DNA of 64,000 nt from Octopus vulgaris (GCA_951406725.2 OX597828.1:28210001-28274000); one strand, 5' to 3'; counted from the first letter of the stretch, positions 26,254 through 40,797 are shown. Program-made: numbers and translations. The notes: a model not told the origin generated them from the sequence alone.

Positions 26254-27165
26254 CAGGGTGTTTCTGCTAAATTTGACAGTTTGCATAAAGAGAGAAGGAA
26301 ACACAATATTCCCAACCAAAAATAAAAAAGTTTTTTGTTTTAAATCATAAAATATCAACAAGATTATGTCTGCAAGGTAACAGTTTATTGAAACTAGCAA
26401 TCCTCAGTTCCCACTAGAGTTTCAAAGACAGCTCTGGAACCTGGCTCATGCTTTGCTCACTTTGTCCATGAGAAAATCTTCAAACATTTTCTTGGTATTG
26501 GCCACGAGCTTGGTCTTGGTGTTGCTGGTGAGTGGTTTGTATCTTTCTCAATCCATGGATTACAATCAATAATCCATAGTAATCCATAGGATTACAATCA
26601 GTGGGGATTAGGAGGCCAGAAAATGGGGATGGTGCAGTCATAGAAATTCTCCCAACAACCTCTTCTGATTCTTTGTCAAGGTGCTGAATCCTGCTGCCAC
26701 ACATATAGCCTTTCCACAGCAGCGATCCTCTCCAACCAGGTTCTGACCACCGACCCCAACAGCTTCACATAAGTGTTTGAATTGAGCCTAAGGCCCTGGT
26801 CATAAGCCTTTTATTGAATCCTATCATGCTGCATCCCTTCCTGCTGACCACAGCTTCGTAGTCTCCATTGCAGCTGTCCATGTCATGTCTTGCGGCCTTT
26901 ACAGTGTTCATAGACCATTGAGATTGAACAGCAGTCATGATGTTGACATTTTTGATACCTGGCACTAATCAACATGACACAGGTAATTCTTTTCTAATAT
27001 TCAGGTGTCTTCTGGTCTCCATGTCAGCTAACTTTTTCTCTGCTACAGCTTTAATCTTTAAGCTCTCCAATACTGCTGACAGTTCACCAATACATCCAGC
27101 TGTTCCTGAGAAAAAGGAAATGTAAAGAAAAATATTCATCAAATTTGGCCGAAACTCTTAGAATA
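26254..27165 (-). mobile_element. Tc1/mariner-superfamily (maT/rosa-like) transposon remnant
   Basis: Minus frames give WLERIAAVERLYVWQQDSAP and FWPPNP...NPMDYY. The left end cagggtgtttc is TIR-like. Internally deleted and frameshifted. Confidence 0.8.
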
Positions 27166-27659
27166 AATACAGCTTTGAGAGGTTCCAATGCTCTGAACAT
27201 AAATACACATTTAGCCATCTTGGAATTTAGTTTTTCTTTTGTTCTTTTATTTTTTATCTTTTGCTTGTTTCAATCATCTTGACAGAGACCATGCTGGAGT
27301 ACCACCTGGAAGAACAAATCACCCTCTGTCCTTTTTTTTTTTTTTTCCAAGACTGGCACATATTCAATCTCCTTTGCTAAGTTATGGAGACACAAGCAAA
27401 CTAGCACCAGATATGAAGCTGGGAAGGAATGGGGCACAAACTCAAACACATAAACATGCATACACAAACACATGCATTTGCACACACACACACACACACA
27501 CAACAGTATGAAATTTCATTAAATACCTAGCATTGAATGTCGTTAATTTTTTTGTAATTAAATCCCTATCTTAAAAATACAAGCATACAAAACTATTCTA
27601 AAAATCATTTAACTTATTTCATTACTAGATTAAAGAATTTCAAAAACACCATAACTCTT

Positions 27660-27692
<33 letters not shown>

Positions 27693-28302
27693 AAACCAAT
27701 TCCTTCTGCGAGTAATGTGTTCCGTTGGGTGCAGTGCATAGGTTAAATAGCTAGTTTGTTAACTTCTATTCTAAACAGATGCTATTAGTAACCGTATTTA
27801 GAGGGTGACAGGTTCTGATAAATGTCACAAAAAGATCAGATTTAGTCTTCAACTAACAGGAGACCAATCAACCATCAACTGCATTCAACGGTTTTCAATG
27901 GCTGCCACAAATGAGTTATTGTTTGTTGTTGTTATTGTTGCTGTTGTTTTTCATTGTGTGTATGTGTACTTATTTTATTTTTTCTATCACATATTCTGGG
28001 AGGTTTTGCTTTCTGTTTGTGGTGGGAGGACATAACTTATGGTCCGTTGATGGAACAAAACTCTTTTACAATTGTAGAGGGTTACAAATTATTTATTCAT
28101 TTATCCAAACAGCTTTTTCCTTACTTTTTTTTTTTTTTACTTTGGGAGAGGTGGTCTTCTTTTTCTTTTTACATTTTTTTGTTTTCATTTATTATATCAT
28201 GTCATTTTTCCTTCTAAACTATAATAGACACAAATAATATCACACTTTACCTTTTTTTTTGTTGTTGTTGTTTCATATTGTATCTATGTATTGTATATGT
28301 AT

Positions 28303-28352
<50 letters not shown>

Positions 28353-29180
28353 GGTATGTGTGTATGTATATTATATATAAAGATATATTTATATATATAT
28401 ATATTTGTTTATATATATATATATTTATATATTTACATATATACATATGTATATACACAACACATATATCTGAGTGTGTTTGTGAGCATATACGCGAGTA
28501 TTTATGTCTTTATTCTCATATACGTTTTTTTAGGGGGGAGGGCGGGTATGCCTACATAAATACAAAATGTGTGTGTGTGTGTGTGTCTGTGTGTGTGTGT
28601 GTGTGTGTGTAATTTCACATTGAATTTCATCCTCTGCTCAGTAGTCTTGTAATTTTCATGAACAAAAGAGGTATTTTCAGCTGATGATGAATAAAGCTTT
28701 GTTGCTTGGTTGTATCTGAAGTTGATATAACATATTATCACTAATGCTATCCCTATAATTCTCTTTCTTTTTATTTAATTTTATCTACTTTTTTCAAGGT
28801 GTCTTTTTCTCTTTTCTGTGTTTTTTTTTTCCACCTTAATTTCCCATTTTCATTTTTTTTTTACCCTTCATTTATGCATTATCTCCCTTATCCCCATTCT
28901 TCTATCTTTTTTTTTTCCTCCATACCACTTATTACTATATATTCACTTTTTTTTAATATGTGTTTTATTTTATATCACAGTTTTATTTTTATTTCATCAT
29001 AGTTATTATCATCGTCGTCATCATCATCATTGTCATCATCACCATCATCACCATGATTATTATTATTGTTGTTGTTATTATTATTAATATCTCCCTCTTG
29101 TCGTCTTCCTTCCTATTAATCTACGTTAGCTCATTGGATAACATCCTTTCCCCTTGTCTCTCTCTCGCTCTCTTTCTTTA

Positions 29181-29214
<34 letters not shown>

Positions 29215-29529
29215 AGTTCTGTTTTTCTTCTTCTTCTTCTTCTTCTTCTTCTTCTCAATATCAGATCAGCAGCACAAGTAGTGTTTATAATATTCTGTTT
29301 ACAATACAGCCGAATTACTATGGAAACTGTAACAATAGAGCAAGCCATCCCACGACCAATAGCAAACGACTTTGTACACACTTAAATTGGGTGATGAATA
29401 AATGCAGTCAGTTCCAAAGGACTGCCGAAATGCATAAAACATTTTTTTTTCTGCACAGAAGGAAAAAGATTCAGGAAGGTGTGGCTCATTAAAAAAAAAA
29501 ATGAAAAAAAATAAAAAACAAAAATGAAA

Positions 29530-29570
<41 letters not shown>

Positions 29571-30174
29571 TTACAACCACCATTAATAATAATAATAACA
29601 ACAATAATATATTTTTCTTTTTTTGCTCTTTTCATTCTTGTTAGGCGGGTGCTATTACTGACTGGGTCTTCGTGAACATGAACAGCAGATAACAAAGCAC
29701 CTCTAAAGTAAAAAATGTAGATTTATGGGTAAAAACCATCTCTGATGTACTTTTCATTTGAAACTGATAATGGTTTTGTGTTCGGAAAAAACTGCATGCA
29801 GTAAGACTGTGTGAAGCTGTCTGTCTGTCAGCCTGTTTGTCTGCCCGGCTGGCTGGCTAGCTGGGTGGGTGGGTAGGATGGGAAGGGTGGGGGTGGGGTG
29901 ATGTCGGTGGTATTTGAGGTTGGGGGAATTATGTTCTTGAGACTGCTGCCAAATTGGAAGCCCACAAGAAGCTGGGAGTGGTAAGCTCCAATGACAATAG
30001 CAAACCAGACATTGAATTCTTTAGACACCAAATAAATTCTTTCCATTATTCTAGTTCTGGTTTAATTCACACAAACACACACACATATTCAAATACAATC
30101 TCCCTCTCTCTCTCTCTTTCTCTCTATCTCTATCTATCTGTCTGTCTATCAAGCTTACACAACATTCACAATAA

Positions 30175-30487
<313 letters not shown>

Positions 30488-31845
30488 GGGTGGAATTTGT
30501 CTTTCTCTGAATGTATTTTCATCTCTCTTTGTAAGTCACACATTTGCCTTTTTATACTTATTTTGTTTTTTCTTTCTTTTTCCCCCTTTTTTTGTTTCGT
30601 TCTTGTCTGATATTAACTTCCTGTTGATCTGATTGCTAGTCTCCCTGTCTTATCTATATCTATCTATCATCTGTCTAACTACCTCTTTATATCTTCCTCT
30701 CTAATCTTATCTATTTAATCTATCTATATATCATCCATCATATTTTGTCTCTGTCTCTCTTTCTTTCTCTCTCTCTCTCCCCCCTTCTTTCTCTCCCTTT
30801 GCCCAGTCATCTATAATTTTAATACTCTTCATTTCTGTCCACCTCTTCCAGTCTTGGATGCACTGAAACTCTCTGCCCTGTTCAGTTTTTTTACCATCAT
30901 TATTTCATTTGTGCTTTTCTTTTTTTTTTTTTCATACATAAGCAAAAAAAAAAATGCATAATTCAAACAATAACAACACAACATTAACAGCAATAACAAC
31001 AACAATAATAATAATAATGATACTATATATATATATATAAAAAAAAAACCCCAACATAGATAAACAAGTAGGCAACTTATGAAACAGATGATAAAATATA
31101 CAAAATACAAACCGGAAGCGATGAAAGACATGCCAGTTGTGAATGGACAGTGCTGTGTTCTGATTGCGTCTTGAGGAATAAATGAATAAAATGGAAAACA
31201 GAGAAAGGAAAGAAAATTAATAAAAATCTAAAAGTAAAAAAATAAAATAAGTGGCAATTATCTTTAAGAATTGTTGTTGTTTTGTTGCTATTAAATTTTT
31301 ATTGTTGCTGTTGTTGTTGTTTCTCATTTATCCTAGTTTGTTGATTCAGTTAGTATTCCTCCTTAAACGGACCCCCTCCCCCTCCCCACCTTATTTTGTT
31401 TGTTTGTTTGTTTCGTTGTTTGTTGTCGTTGTTTTTTTTTCTTTCTTGTAATTCCCCATGTCCAAAGTTTAGAGCTAACTGCCTGGTTTTTCCTCAACTT
31501 ATGGAACCGTTTGATGTGCCGTCCATGCCAGATAAAGAAGATCAAAAGTGTTAATTTAGGATGACAATGATTTCATTAAGACAGACTCCTCCCCCTCCAT
31601 ATTTATTTCAACAAATTTGAGATTTTCTTTTTTTTTTGTTTTTGTTTTTGTCGTTTTATTTCTGCTTCTGTTTCATTCATTTCAATCAATATTTCCAAAT
31701 CAACATAAAAGAAAAAAAAAAAAAAAATAGGGAAAGAAATGTGTTTCCCTCTTACTCTCACACTTTGTCAAATCATTCACCCTATAATCTTCCCAATTTT
31801 GTTTTTATTTTTACAGTTATCATTATAATGTTAAGTGGATACAAA

Positions 31846-31896
<51 letters not shown>

Positions 31897-33489
31897 ATTG
31901 TTTTTAAATATTCTTTTTGTATTTCATATGAATTCCAGTGATGAGTTAGGATAAACATATTGAGAGCCCCTTATAAAGATGGAAGGTCAACCCTGCATCA
32001 GACATCTAACCTTTAAATCATTGACCCAGTATAAAATTGTTTTTGTTTTTTTTTTATAACTCTTGAACTCCTGATTACCGACAATGGATAAAGTAATCTT
32101 TCAGAGCTGACGATTCGGTTTGAACTTACCCTCTCCATCAGCTGCAGGAATCTGTTAACGTACTGGTGTGTTCAGAGTCATGAGATTCACAGTTGGACTT
32201 CTATGGTGTAAGGGAAAAACACCCAGTCCAGACTTGTTACATATACTGAAATAGTGTATACAGTTTTAAGCGTAGTTAACTAATTTCTTTTATGTCCATC
32301 CATTTACTAACTCACTTTGATTCAGAGCTTAATCCATCTCCCTCACTATCAACCAGGGCAACACCTTTTCCGTTTTTCTGCTGGAGCCATGAGAAATGTT
32401 TCTATAATGTGAGATGCAAGATTCTCCATATTTGATTTTATAAAATTAGCAAAAACAGAAGCAGTAAAAATATTACCAATCTGTTATTCTAATACCACTG
32501 TTGACCTCATTTGTAAATCAGAATTTTAAGTAATCCATCTCTTTACTTAGGAATTTTCCATGGTTATATCCAACTACTTGATTGGTAAAATATAAATTAT
32601 TGATAGCTTACAGTCACTGATCTATGTCCTCTCTCTATCACTTTTATGCTTTTGAGCATTAATTCTTAACTTTCTGTTCAACCTTGCATGGCATGGGGAT
32701 GCATTGATCAGCAAGTCCTGGAATGCACAATATCACAAATAGAATATTTATATTGTAGCTATTTACTTTGAAAAAAAGAAGGGTCTCTGTAAATTAAAGG
32801 AGAGACACCTAACCCCCTCTTTTGGGCTTCTGACTTTGAAAATTATCAACAAGATGTTGAGAGATGAAACTGTTTATAGTTCTTAAGAGTTTGAGTTTGA
32901 GGCAATGGATATTGTCTTCTACTATAAGCTCCAGACTGACCAATGCCTTGTGAATGGATTTGGTAAATAGAAATTAAAAGAAGCCTGTTGTATATGTGTG
33001 TATGTGCATGCATATAGTGTGTGTGTTGGTGTGTTCCTTTATCTCGGTATCACATGATGGTTGTAAATGAGCATCATTGTTATATAAGTGAGGTTGTTCA
33101 TTTTTAGTCTTAAAGAAAGGTATGTCTGGCCATGGTGAAATATTACTTTGCTTGAAATCAGATGGTGGTTGATGATTGGAAGGGTATCTGGCCATAGCAA
33201 ATACGCCTCTTCAAGTCCCATCGGACCCATGCAAGCATAGGAAAGTTGGTGTTGAATGACTACAGCGACGATATTGGTGGTGGTGGTGATGATGATGATG
33301 ACTATGATAACAATGGTGATGTTGTTGTTGGTGGTGGTGGTGGTGGTGGTAGTGGTGGTGGTGATAATGACAGTGATGGTGATAATAGCTAGAGTCATGA
33401 GTCTTTATATGAACTGATGTTGAAATGTGACTCGCTTCCTATTATTTCCAAATGGAAAATTATTCTCCTTTATTTTTTTAAATCCTTAA

Positions 33490-33710
33490 TTTTCTTTCTA
33501 GTTTGGGCACAGGGCCAAACAATTTTGAGGAGAAGGGCAGGTTGATTACATTGACCCCAGTCAAGAACTGGTACTTTATTTTATTGACTTTGAAAGGATG
33601 AAAGTCAATGTCAACCTCAGCAGAATTTGAACTCAGAAGAACATAAAGAGTCAGAAGAAATGTCACTAAGTATTTTGTCTGGCACTGTACCGATTCTGCC
33701 AGCAGCCATT
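33490..33710 (-). mobile_element. SINE family A
   Basis: aaaggatgaaagtcaatgtcaacctcagcagaatttgaactcagaa...gattctgccagc. Confidence 0.8.
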
Positions 33711-34076
33711 CGTGGAACTCCTTCTTGCTGTAATTCCACATCAACACCTTGAGTCATCATATTTGCTAATTAGTACTGAAGACATTTTCTTTTTCATTTT
33801 TTTTTTTTTGGCAGTAATTAAATTTAAGTATTTTGTGGCATGATTGACATAAAGCAGAAAAAAAATTGATCTTCTGAATAACATACCATACTTTCCAACA
33901 TACAAGTCATCTTAATATTTAGTGTAAGCTTTCAAACAGCATCACTATTTTTCAAATTCTGCTGCAGTTCACATGGAATTTTATGTCCTACAAAGTTGTC
34001 TTGAAAAAGTCAACCTACCAGTTTATATAACTGCTACAAATAATTTTCCAGCTTAAAGAGATACTGGACTATGACT

Positions 34077-34090
34077 GTTGCTATGGAAAC
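34077..34090. promoter_or_regulatory. RFX X-box-like motif
   Basis: GTTGCTATGGAAAC matches the X-box consensus GTTNCYATGGNAAC and lies in repeat-free sequence. Function is untested. Confidence 0.4.
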
Positions 34091-35275
34091 TACAGCAGTG
34101 TTGTTTCTTGTATCTCATTTAGTAACCCCATTGCTATAATTTCAGAATTTGGATAAAACAGGAATCTGATATCAAATGGAAGTACAACATTGATTATCCA
34201 CAACCTTTAGTTCCAAAGCCTTTCCAGAGGTGGTCATCTTGATCAACACGCTCTAAATTAAATGAATATTAGATTTTCTTAAATAAATAATTGAAATACA
34301 GATACCTGTACATTAGTGTATATTAATAGAAATGATAAGAGGTCCCAGGCTATCATTGTCCAGAAAATCTATGTTGTACCTGTAATATAATTGACAGTGT
34401 GTTTTCATTTCCTGTTTTCAAGAGAGAGGACTCTGATCTTATTGGATTTACCTCACTTAGTTCTTATACACTAATTGGAGTGTTACCAAATATAAGTTTG
34501 GCAATATTTGCGGGTATATTCTTTGCCTCTGTTTGTAGTATAAGATAATATTCCAACTGTAATTAATTGTTAAACAGTATCAATGTTAGAGATAACAGAT
34601 TTTCATCGTAACTACAAAATAAGAAATTTGGTTTCATTTATTTTAACGAGTAATTTTATGATTGAAAATAATTCAAAAGCCAAACAGCAGCATCTCTAAT
34701 CATTCAAGACAAAGGACCTAAGTCCACCTTGTTCCAATCTATCTTCAAACTTATGAACTGGTTTATTTCAATTTAATAAATATCATTATTTTGAAAAGTA
34801 ATATTCAATTCATTTTTTTATATCATTTGCAAGATTTTTGTTGTGAAGTCATGTGTTAAAACATATTTTGTTGTCTCTTGGGAGGGCTGTTATGCCAATT
34901 ATAGACACATACACTGGTTCTCTTTCACTTCTTTTATTATTAATATTAATCAATTTGTAAACATTTAACCAGCTAACTAATACATTATTTGATTAAACAT
35001 TCAGTCAATCAATCAATCAATCAATCAGCTAAGTTTGTTGAAGTCCTTTTGTCTCCATCCACGACCTTATCAGTGACATACCCTCTCTACATTGGGTCTG
35101 CTTCAGTGTTGTCTCATATTTCCTGATATTACCTATGGTAGCAAAAGTATACTTCCAAACTTATATGTCACGTGATGGGTAACACTGTACTATATATATA
35201 TAGATAAAAGATAGATCGATAGATAGATATACACTTATGTATATGTGTGTGTGTGTGTGTGTGTATATATCTATC

Positions 35276-35315
<40 letters not shown>

Positions 35316-36859
35316 TGTACACACATACACACACAGAGATAACACATATATATGTATATCCATAATCTCCCTTTGTCTTTCTTTTTCTCTCTCTCTCTAC
35401 ACACATACACATACAAGCACACGTCAATGAAAAGCCAAGCAATTAACAGTTATTCAAGGTTCAACCAGAGTGTTTAACCTTGCCATGAAATCAGCGTTGA
35501 ACTGGTTACAGCGATATTATTGTCAGTGGTGAATGGGTGTAGATATTGTGTCAATGAAACACAGCAATAACATTAGGCAGTAATTAGTAAACTAAGAGTT
35601 CAACCTGTCTTGTACAAAGGTGAAAGGTTATTCAATATTTGCTTTTAGCCAGAGTAGTTGCAATTAAATTAGTTGTTCATCGGCAGTAGTGTTAGTTGTT
35701 GTTGTTGTTGTTGCTGCTGTTGTTGTTTGTGGCTGTGGCCAGCGTTTTTAAGGCAATGATAGACAATAACTAATGATGTCAGTGTTTCTGATAATTTGGG
35801 GGATTATATTATATTATATTAGAAATAATCCTAGTGGTTTACCCATCATCATCATCATCAACATCGTCATTACAACCACCACCACCACCAACAACAACAC
35901 TACTCCCACTATTGCTACCATCATCATCACCATCATCATTTTCTGTCTGCTTTCCATGATTTGGATGCATCACTATGGTCATAGCCAGTTCTTCTTCTGA
36001 GGTACTGCTCTCCTAAATGAGCTGGAGAACCACACCTTGTTGTATGGTTTAATTTCACTTGATATCTACAGCTGGATGCCTTTCCTGTCACCAAACACCT
36101 TACAGAGCATACTGGATGCATCATGTCATAGCACCTACATCAAAGAGGTTCTCATGTCCACATTCCCATAAACACACACACACACACTCACACACGCACA
36201 CATACACACATAGTGGCAGTTGTAGCCCTCTACTGGCATAGCTCTCAGGGTCATTGACACCCACCAGTCTCCACCCCAGAACAAGGACTGGATCTTGTGG
36301 GACAAGGGCTCCATGCCACAGAATATATTTTTATAACTGCACACAAAAATAACCACTTTATTCAAATTTGTTTTTATGATGGTTTATATTTATGAAAGAA
36401 TGGTTGTGTGGTAAGAAGTCTGCTTCCCAACTACATGGTTCCAGGTTCAGTTCTACTGCATGACACCTTGGGCAAGTGTTTTCTACTATAGCCCCTGGCC
36501 AACCAATGTCTTGTGAGTGAATTTAGTAGACAGAAACTGTGTGGCAGCCCAACATATGTAAATGTGTATTTGTGTGTATGTGAGTGTCTGTTTGTGTGTG
36601 TGTGTGTGTGTTTGTCCATTTGTCCCCCTCCCACCACCACTACTTGATGACCAGTGTTGATATATGCATCTCCACATATGAATAAACAAATAGACATAGA
36701 ATCTAATGATTGGAAAAACGGACAGTTAAGTAGATTTTATCATTTATGAGCATCATCACTTCGTTACAGATTTGTCTTTGGATTTTTTTGAGGCACAGTT
36801 CCAAGGCAAATGTCATTAACCCCTTTTGGTCCTCTAGCTGTAATTATGGCTGCAGAATG

Positions 36860-37650
36860 CAGCAGAAAAATGTTACAGAGGATTCATAGCAGAGCACCCC
36901 TGACTTTCAGAAACACTCCTCATTCTCAGACTTATCAACGCATGGAATAAACTATATTGGTTGTTATAAGGCGGCGAGCTGGCAGAAACGTTAGCGTGCA
37001 GGGCGAAATGCTTAGCGGTATTTCGTCTGTCATTACGTTCTGAGTTCGAATTCCGCCGAGATTGACTTTGTCTTTCATCCTTTTGGGGTCGATAAATAAA
37101 GTACCAGTTTCGCACTGGAGTCGATGTAATCAACTTAATCCCTTTGTCTGTCCTTGTTTGTCCCCTCTATGTTTAGCCCCTTGTGGGTAGTAAAGAAATA
37201 TATATTGGTTGTTAGTTGTCAGGATAGAGTGTCCTTCAAAAATTTCCACACTTCTCAAAATTTATCAAAACTATCCCTTATGTACCTATGCACCCTCTTC
37301 TCTCTATGTCTGCCGCTGGCATCTCCATGGCGCATAGACGAATGGGGAAAACAAGGTGGCGTGAAGGCAGCGGCCACCCGCTGGGCTGACGGCGTCTTCG
37401 GTTGAGATCTCCGGCATCATGCCGAACGATCCTGAAGACATGCACCTGCCGACTGCTAGCCCTCAATATAGTCTGGACTCTTTTACAGTTCACTTTTCTG
37501 CCTTATTCTGTTTGAACCTGTGTACTTTTAACTTTCATTGCAGTTTTTCTTTATTTTGACACCTTCTCACCTTCTATTTCTACTGTCACCATTTTCCAAC
37601 ATATTATCATACACCTGAGCACTCTGTACAATATCATCATCGTTATTATA
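36860..37650 (+). mobile_element. Degraded CR1-type LINE 3' end with two nested insertions
   Basis: LRLINAWNKL / LVVSCQDRVSFK (CR1 ORF2 C-terminal WN.LP..VV...SFK) split by a SINE. Ends cacctgagcactctgtacaata, like 58620. Confidence 0.65.
36967..37200 (+). mobile_element. Young full-length SINE family A with 14-bp TSD
   Basis: TSD TATATTGGTTGTTA at 36953-36966 and 37201-37214; CpGs retained. Confidence 0.92.
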
Positions 37651-37745
37651 ATTTATTCAAACGTCTCTTTATCTATATTTCAATTTACATTTTTTATATA
37701 TAATAGTGCACATACTTCTACACAAGCACACACAAATGATATACA

Positions 37746-37796
<51 letters not shown>

Positions 37797-38254
37797 TTTT
37801 ATTTTATTATATGTTTCAACCCTAAGGCTATGGCCATGCTGGGGCACCACCAGTGGTATACTCTTTTACTCTTTTACTTGTTTCAGTCATTTGACTGCGG
37901 CCATGCTGGAGTGTATATATCATCATCATCATCATTTAACATCTACTTTCCATGTTGGCATGAGTTTGACAGTTTAGCTGGATCTGGTTAGTTAAAGGAG
38001 TTACACCAGATTCCTGTCTGAATTTGGCTTTGTTTCTATAGCTGGATGACCTTCCTAAAACCAACCATTCTGAGAATGTAGTGGGTGCCTTCTACGTGTC
38101 ACCAGTATCAGTCACCAACATATCTACTTGATTAAAGCACAGAAATGCAAGGCAAGGGAGAAAAAATTGTTCTCAAATCCAACTATCCAACAAGCGAGAA
38201 CATAAAATTCTGAGCCATAGTTTTTTGCTGTTTTTGCAGCTTTAATAAAAAAGT

Positions 38255-38359
<105 letters not shown>

Positions 38360-38372
38360 CATATATATATAT

Positions 38373-38988
38373 GGCACATAAAAACACCATCCGAAGACCC
38401 GGCAAGACTAGTCAGGCCATAACCCGTGGTCCCTATCTGGGACGTAGTCAGTCCACCTGTGCATACCTTCCTTCTTGTGACACTTGTGAAGACCTGTTGA
38501 GGCAAGTGAAAATCAAATCAAATCAAATCAAAACAAATCAAAATAGATGAACATCAATGGAATTTGTATCTTTGTGGTACCAGTGCCGGTGGCACAAAAG
38601 AAAACCATCCGAACGTGGCCGTAGCCAGTACCGCATCAACTGGCCTCCGTGCTGTGGGCACGTAACAAACACCATCCGATCGTGGCACCTGTGTCGGTGG
38701 CACATAAAAACACCATCAGCCTCATCTGGCACCTGTGTCGGTGGCACATAAAAACACCATCTGAGCGTGGCCATCTGCCAGCCTCGTCTGGCACCTGTGT
38801 CGGTGGCACATAAAATCACCCACTACACTCTCGGAGTGGTTGGCATTAGGAAGGGCATCCAGCTGTAGAAACACTGCCAGATCTGGCTGGCCTGGTGCAG
38901 CCTTCGGGCTCCCCAGACCCCAGTTGAACCATCCAGCCCATGCTAGCATGGAAAGCGGACGTTAAATGATGATGATGATGATGATGAT
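38373..38988 (+). mobile_element. RTE 3' UTR/tail with tandem units
   Basis: Repeated ggcacctgtgtcggtggcacataaaaacaccatc, plus the family tail and (GAT)n. Confidence 0.85.
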
Positions 38989-39194
38989 ATATATAAAATA
39001 TATACTATATATATATATATATATATATATATGTAAAATATATACTATATATATACATATATATATATAAAATATATACTATATATTTATATTGGTAAAA
39101 ACAGTAAGATAACAAAAGAAAGAAAGAGACCTCAATATTATGTAAATAGAGGAAATTTATCTATAAAATAATATGTACAATTACTCAATAGTCA

Positions 39195-39257
39195 AGATAA
39201 GACTCTGAGTTTCAGATGCTGAAGTAGAAATCCACAACACCATCTCTTCGGTTATCT
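39195..39257 (-). ncRNA. Hammerhead-like motif (CCGAAGA variant core), left pLTR
   Basis: AGAUAA CCGAAGA GAUG...CAUCU GAAA CUCAGAG UC UUAUCU; 6-bp stem I and a GUC triplet. Confidence 0.55.
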
Positions 39258-39459
39258 GGCCATCTGAAAAAACGCTATGAAAATATGCCGTTATATAAAG
39301 GGAAATTACTGTGTTATAATTCTGCTACTTATATAAAATAAGATTAAAATTTCATAGTAAAACACGGCTAGTCATACGCTCACATGTGCGCTCACGGACC
39401 CACGTGCGTACTTATACGTCACTATGAAAACGTACACATCTTCACTCACATTTTTCCCC

Positions 39460-39837
39460 AAATATATATACTCTATAACCACTAAAGACACCGTTTCGAC
39501 GAAGAAATATGTGGGCCTTACAGAGGGTAATTTCAAGGCCAGGTTCAATAACCACACCTTGAGTTTTAGGCACTGGAACAAAAGAAAAGCGACAAAATTA
39601 TCTAATCATATTTGGTCTTTAAAAGATAAAGGTGTCGATTATAACATCCATTGGCAGATTTTGGCCAAATGTAAGCCCTACACCAACGGCAGGGGAAAGT
39701 ACGGTCTATGCGACATGGGGAGATGGCTTATCTGGAAAAGCAGCTTAGACCCTACTACATGTCTAAACTCAAGGACAGAACTTTTCAGATCATGCCCACA
39801 TATGACAACATTTTTGTTATGTTTTTGGTCCCCCTAA
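39460..39837 (+). pseudogene. GIY-YIG endonuclease C-terminal fragment of PLE ORF
   Basis: KYIYSITT...KKYVGLTEGNFKARFNNHTLSFRH...TKLSNHIWSLK...CLNSRTELFRSCPH. The ATG at 39424 lies in the inverted arm, so it is not a real start. Confidence 0.9.
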
Positions 39838-40624
39838 AGAAAACAGATAGAACTTGCTTTCTATATTATGTCCGAAAAAGTTTTTTTATCTCATTATACC
39901 TTTTATTATTTCATATATTTTTCTATTTTCACACATATTAATTTTTTCTGTACTTTTCTATCCTGCATTTTTTCCTGTGCCTATATAGACGTATATATAG
40001 ATTTATTTGTACATGTGTGTGAATATGTATGAGTGGGCAGTTTTAGATGTGTGAATGTGTGCGGGCATAAGAATGCATATATATATAGACGTTTTTACTT
40101 AGTATTTTTCCATTTTTTAAGGTTGTGTTTTTTTTTTTTTGGGGGGGGGGGGCATATGTATATTCATCTTTCGTATATGCGTGTGTATGTATGCGTATAT
40201 AAACATGTGCGGCTATGTACATATATGGGCATGTGTGTGTATGAGTGCATAAGGGCATGTCCGTATATGAATGTGGTTTTTATGCTTTGTATACTTCCTT
40301 ATGTTTTTTTCTGTTACTTTTAGCCATGGTTATTTTGGGCTTGTACATATATAGACGTATGTATGAACTTTTACGGTACACATGTGTGTGTGTATGAGTT
40401 TGTATATATATGTGTATATATTTGGCGAAAAATGTGAGTGAAGATGTGTACGTTTTCATAGTGACGTATAAGTACGCACGTGGGTCCGTGAGCGCACATG
40501 TGAGCGTATGACTAGCCGTGTTTTACTATGAAATTTTAATCTTATTTTATATAAGTAGCAGAATTATAACACAGTAATTTCCATTTATATAACGGTATTT
40601 TTCATAGCGATTTTTCAGATGACC

Positions 40625-40687
40625 AGATAACCGAAGAGATGGTGTTGTGGATTTCCACTTTGGCATCTGAAACTCAGAGTTTTATCT
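40625..40687 (+). ncRNA. Hammerhead-like motif (CCGAAGA variant core), right pLTR
   Basis: AGAUAA CCGAAGA GAUG...CAUCU GAAA CUCAGAG UU UUAUCU. Confidence 0.5.
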
Positions 40688-40725
40688 TGACTATTGAGTA
40701 ATTGTACATATTATTTTAGAGATAC

Positions 40726-40797
<72 letters not shown>

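Larger units (their letters stand above)
39091..40723 (+). mobile_element. 5'-truncated Penelope-like element with inverted terminal (pLTR) copy
   Basis: ~39158-39468 is the reverse complement of ~40414-40723. Between them lie a GIY-YIG fragment and the 3' UTR. The element sits in (TA)n. Confidence 0.92.

Noticed and set aside
28678-28724. Box C (ATGATGA) and box D (CTGA) with a 5-bp terminal stem
   Set aside because: Only 25 nt between the boxes, too short for a eukaryotic C/D snoRNA; no guide recognised.
31122-31143. TGAAAGACATG resembling the miR-71 5' end
   Set aside because: The 3' half diverges and there is no precursor hairpin.
37217-37561. TGTCA...TGACA solo-LTR-like ends
   Set aside because: No TSD, and the left end lies within CR1 coding remnant.
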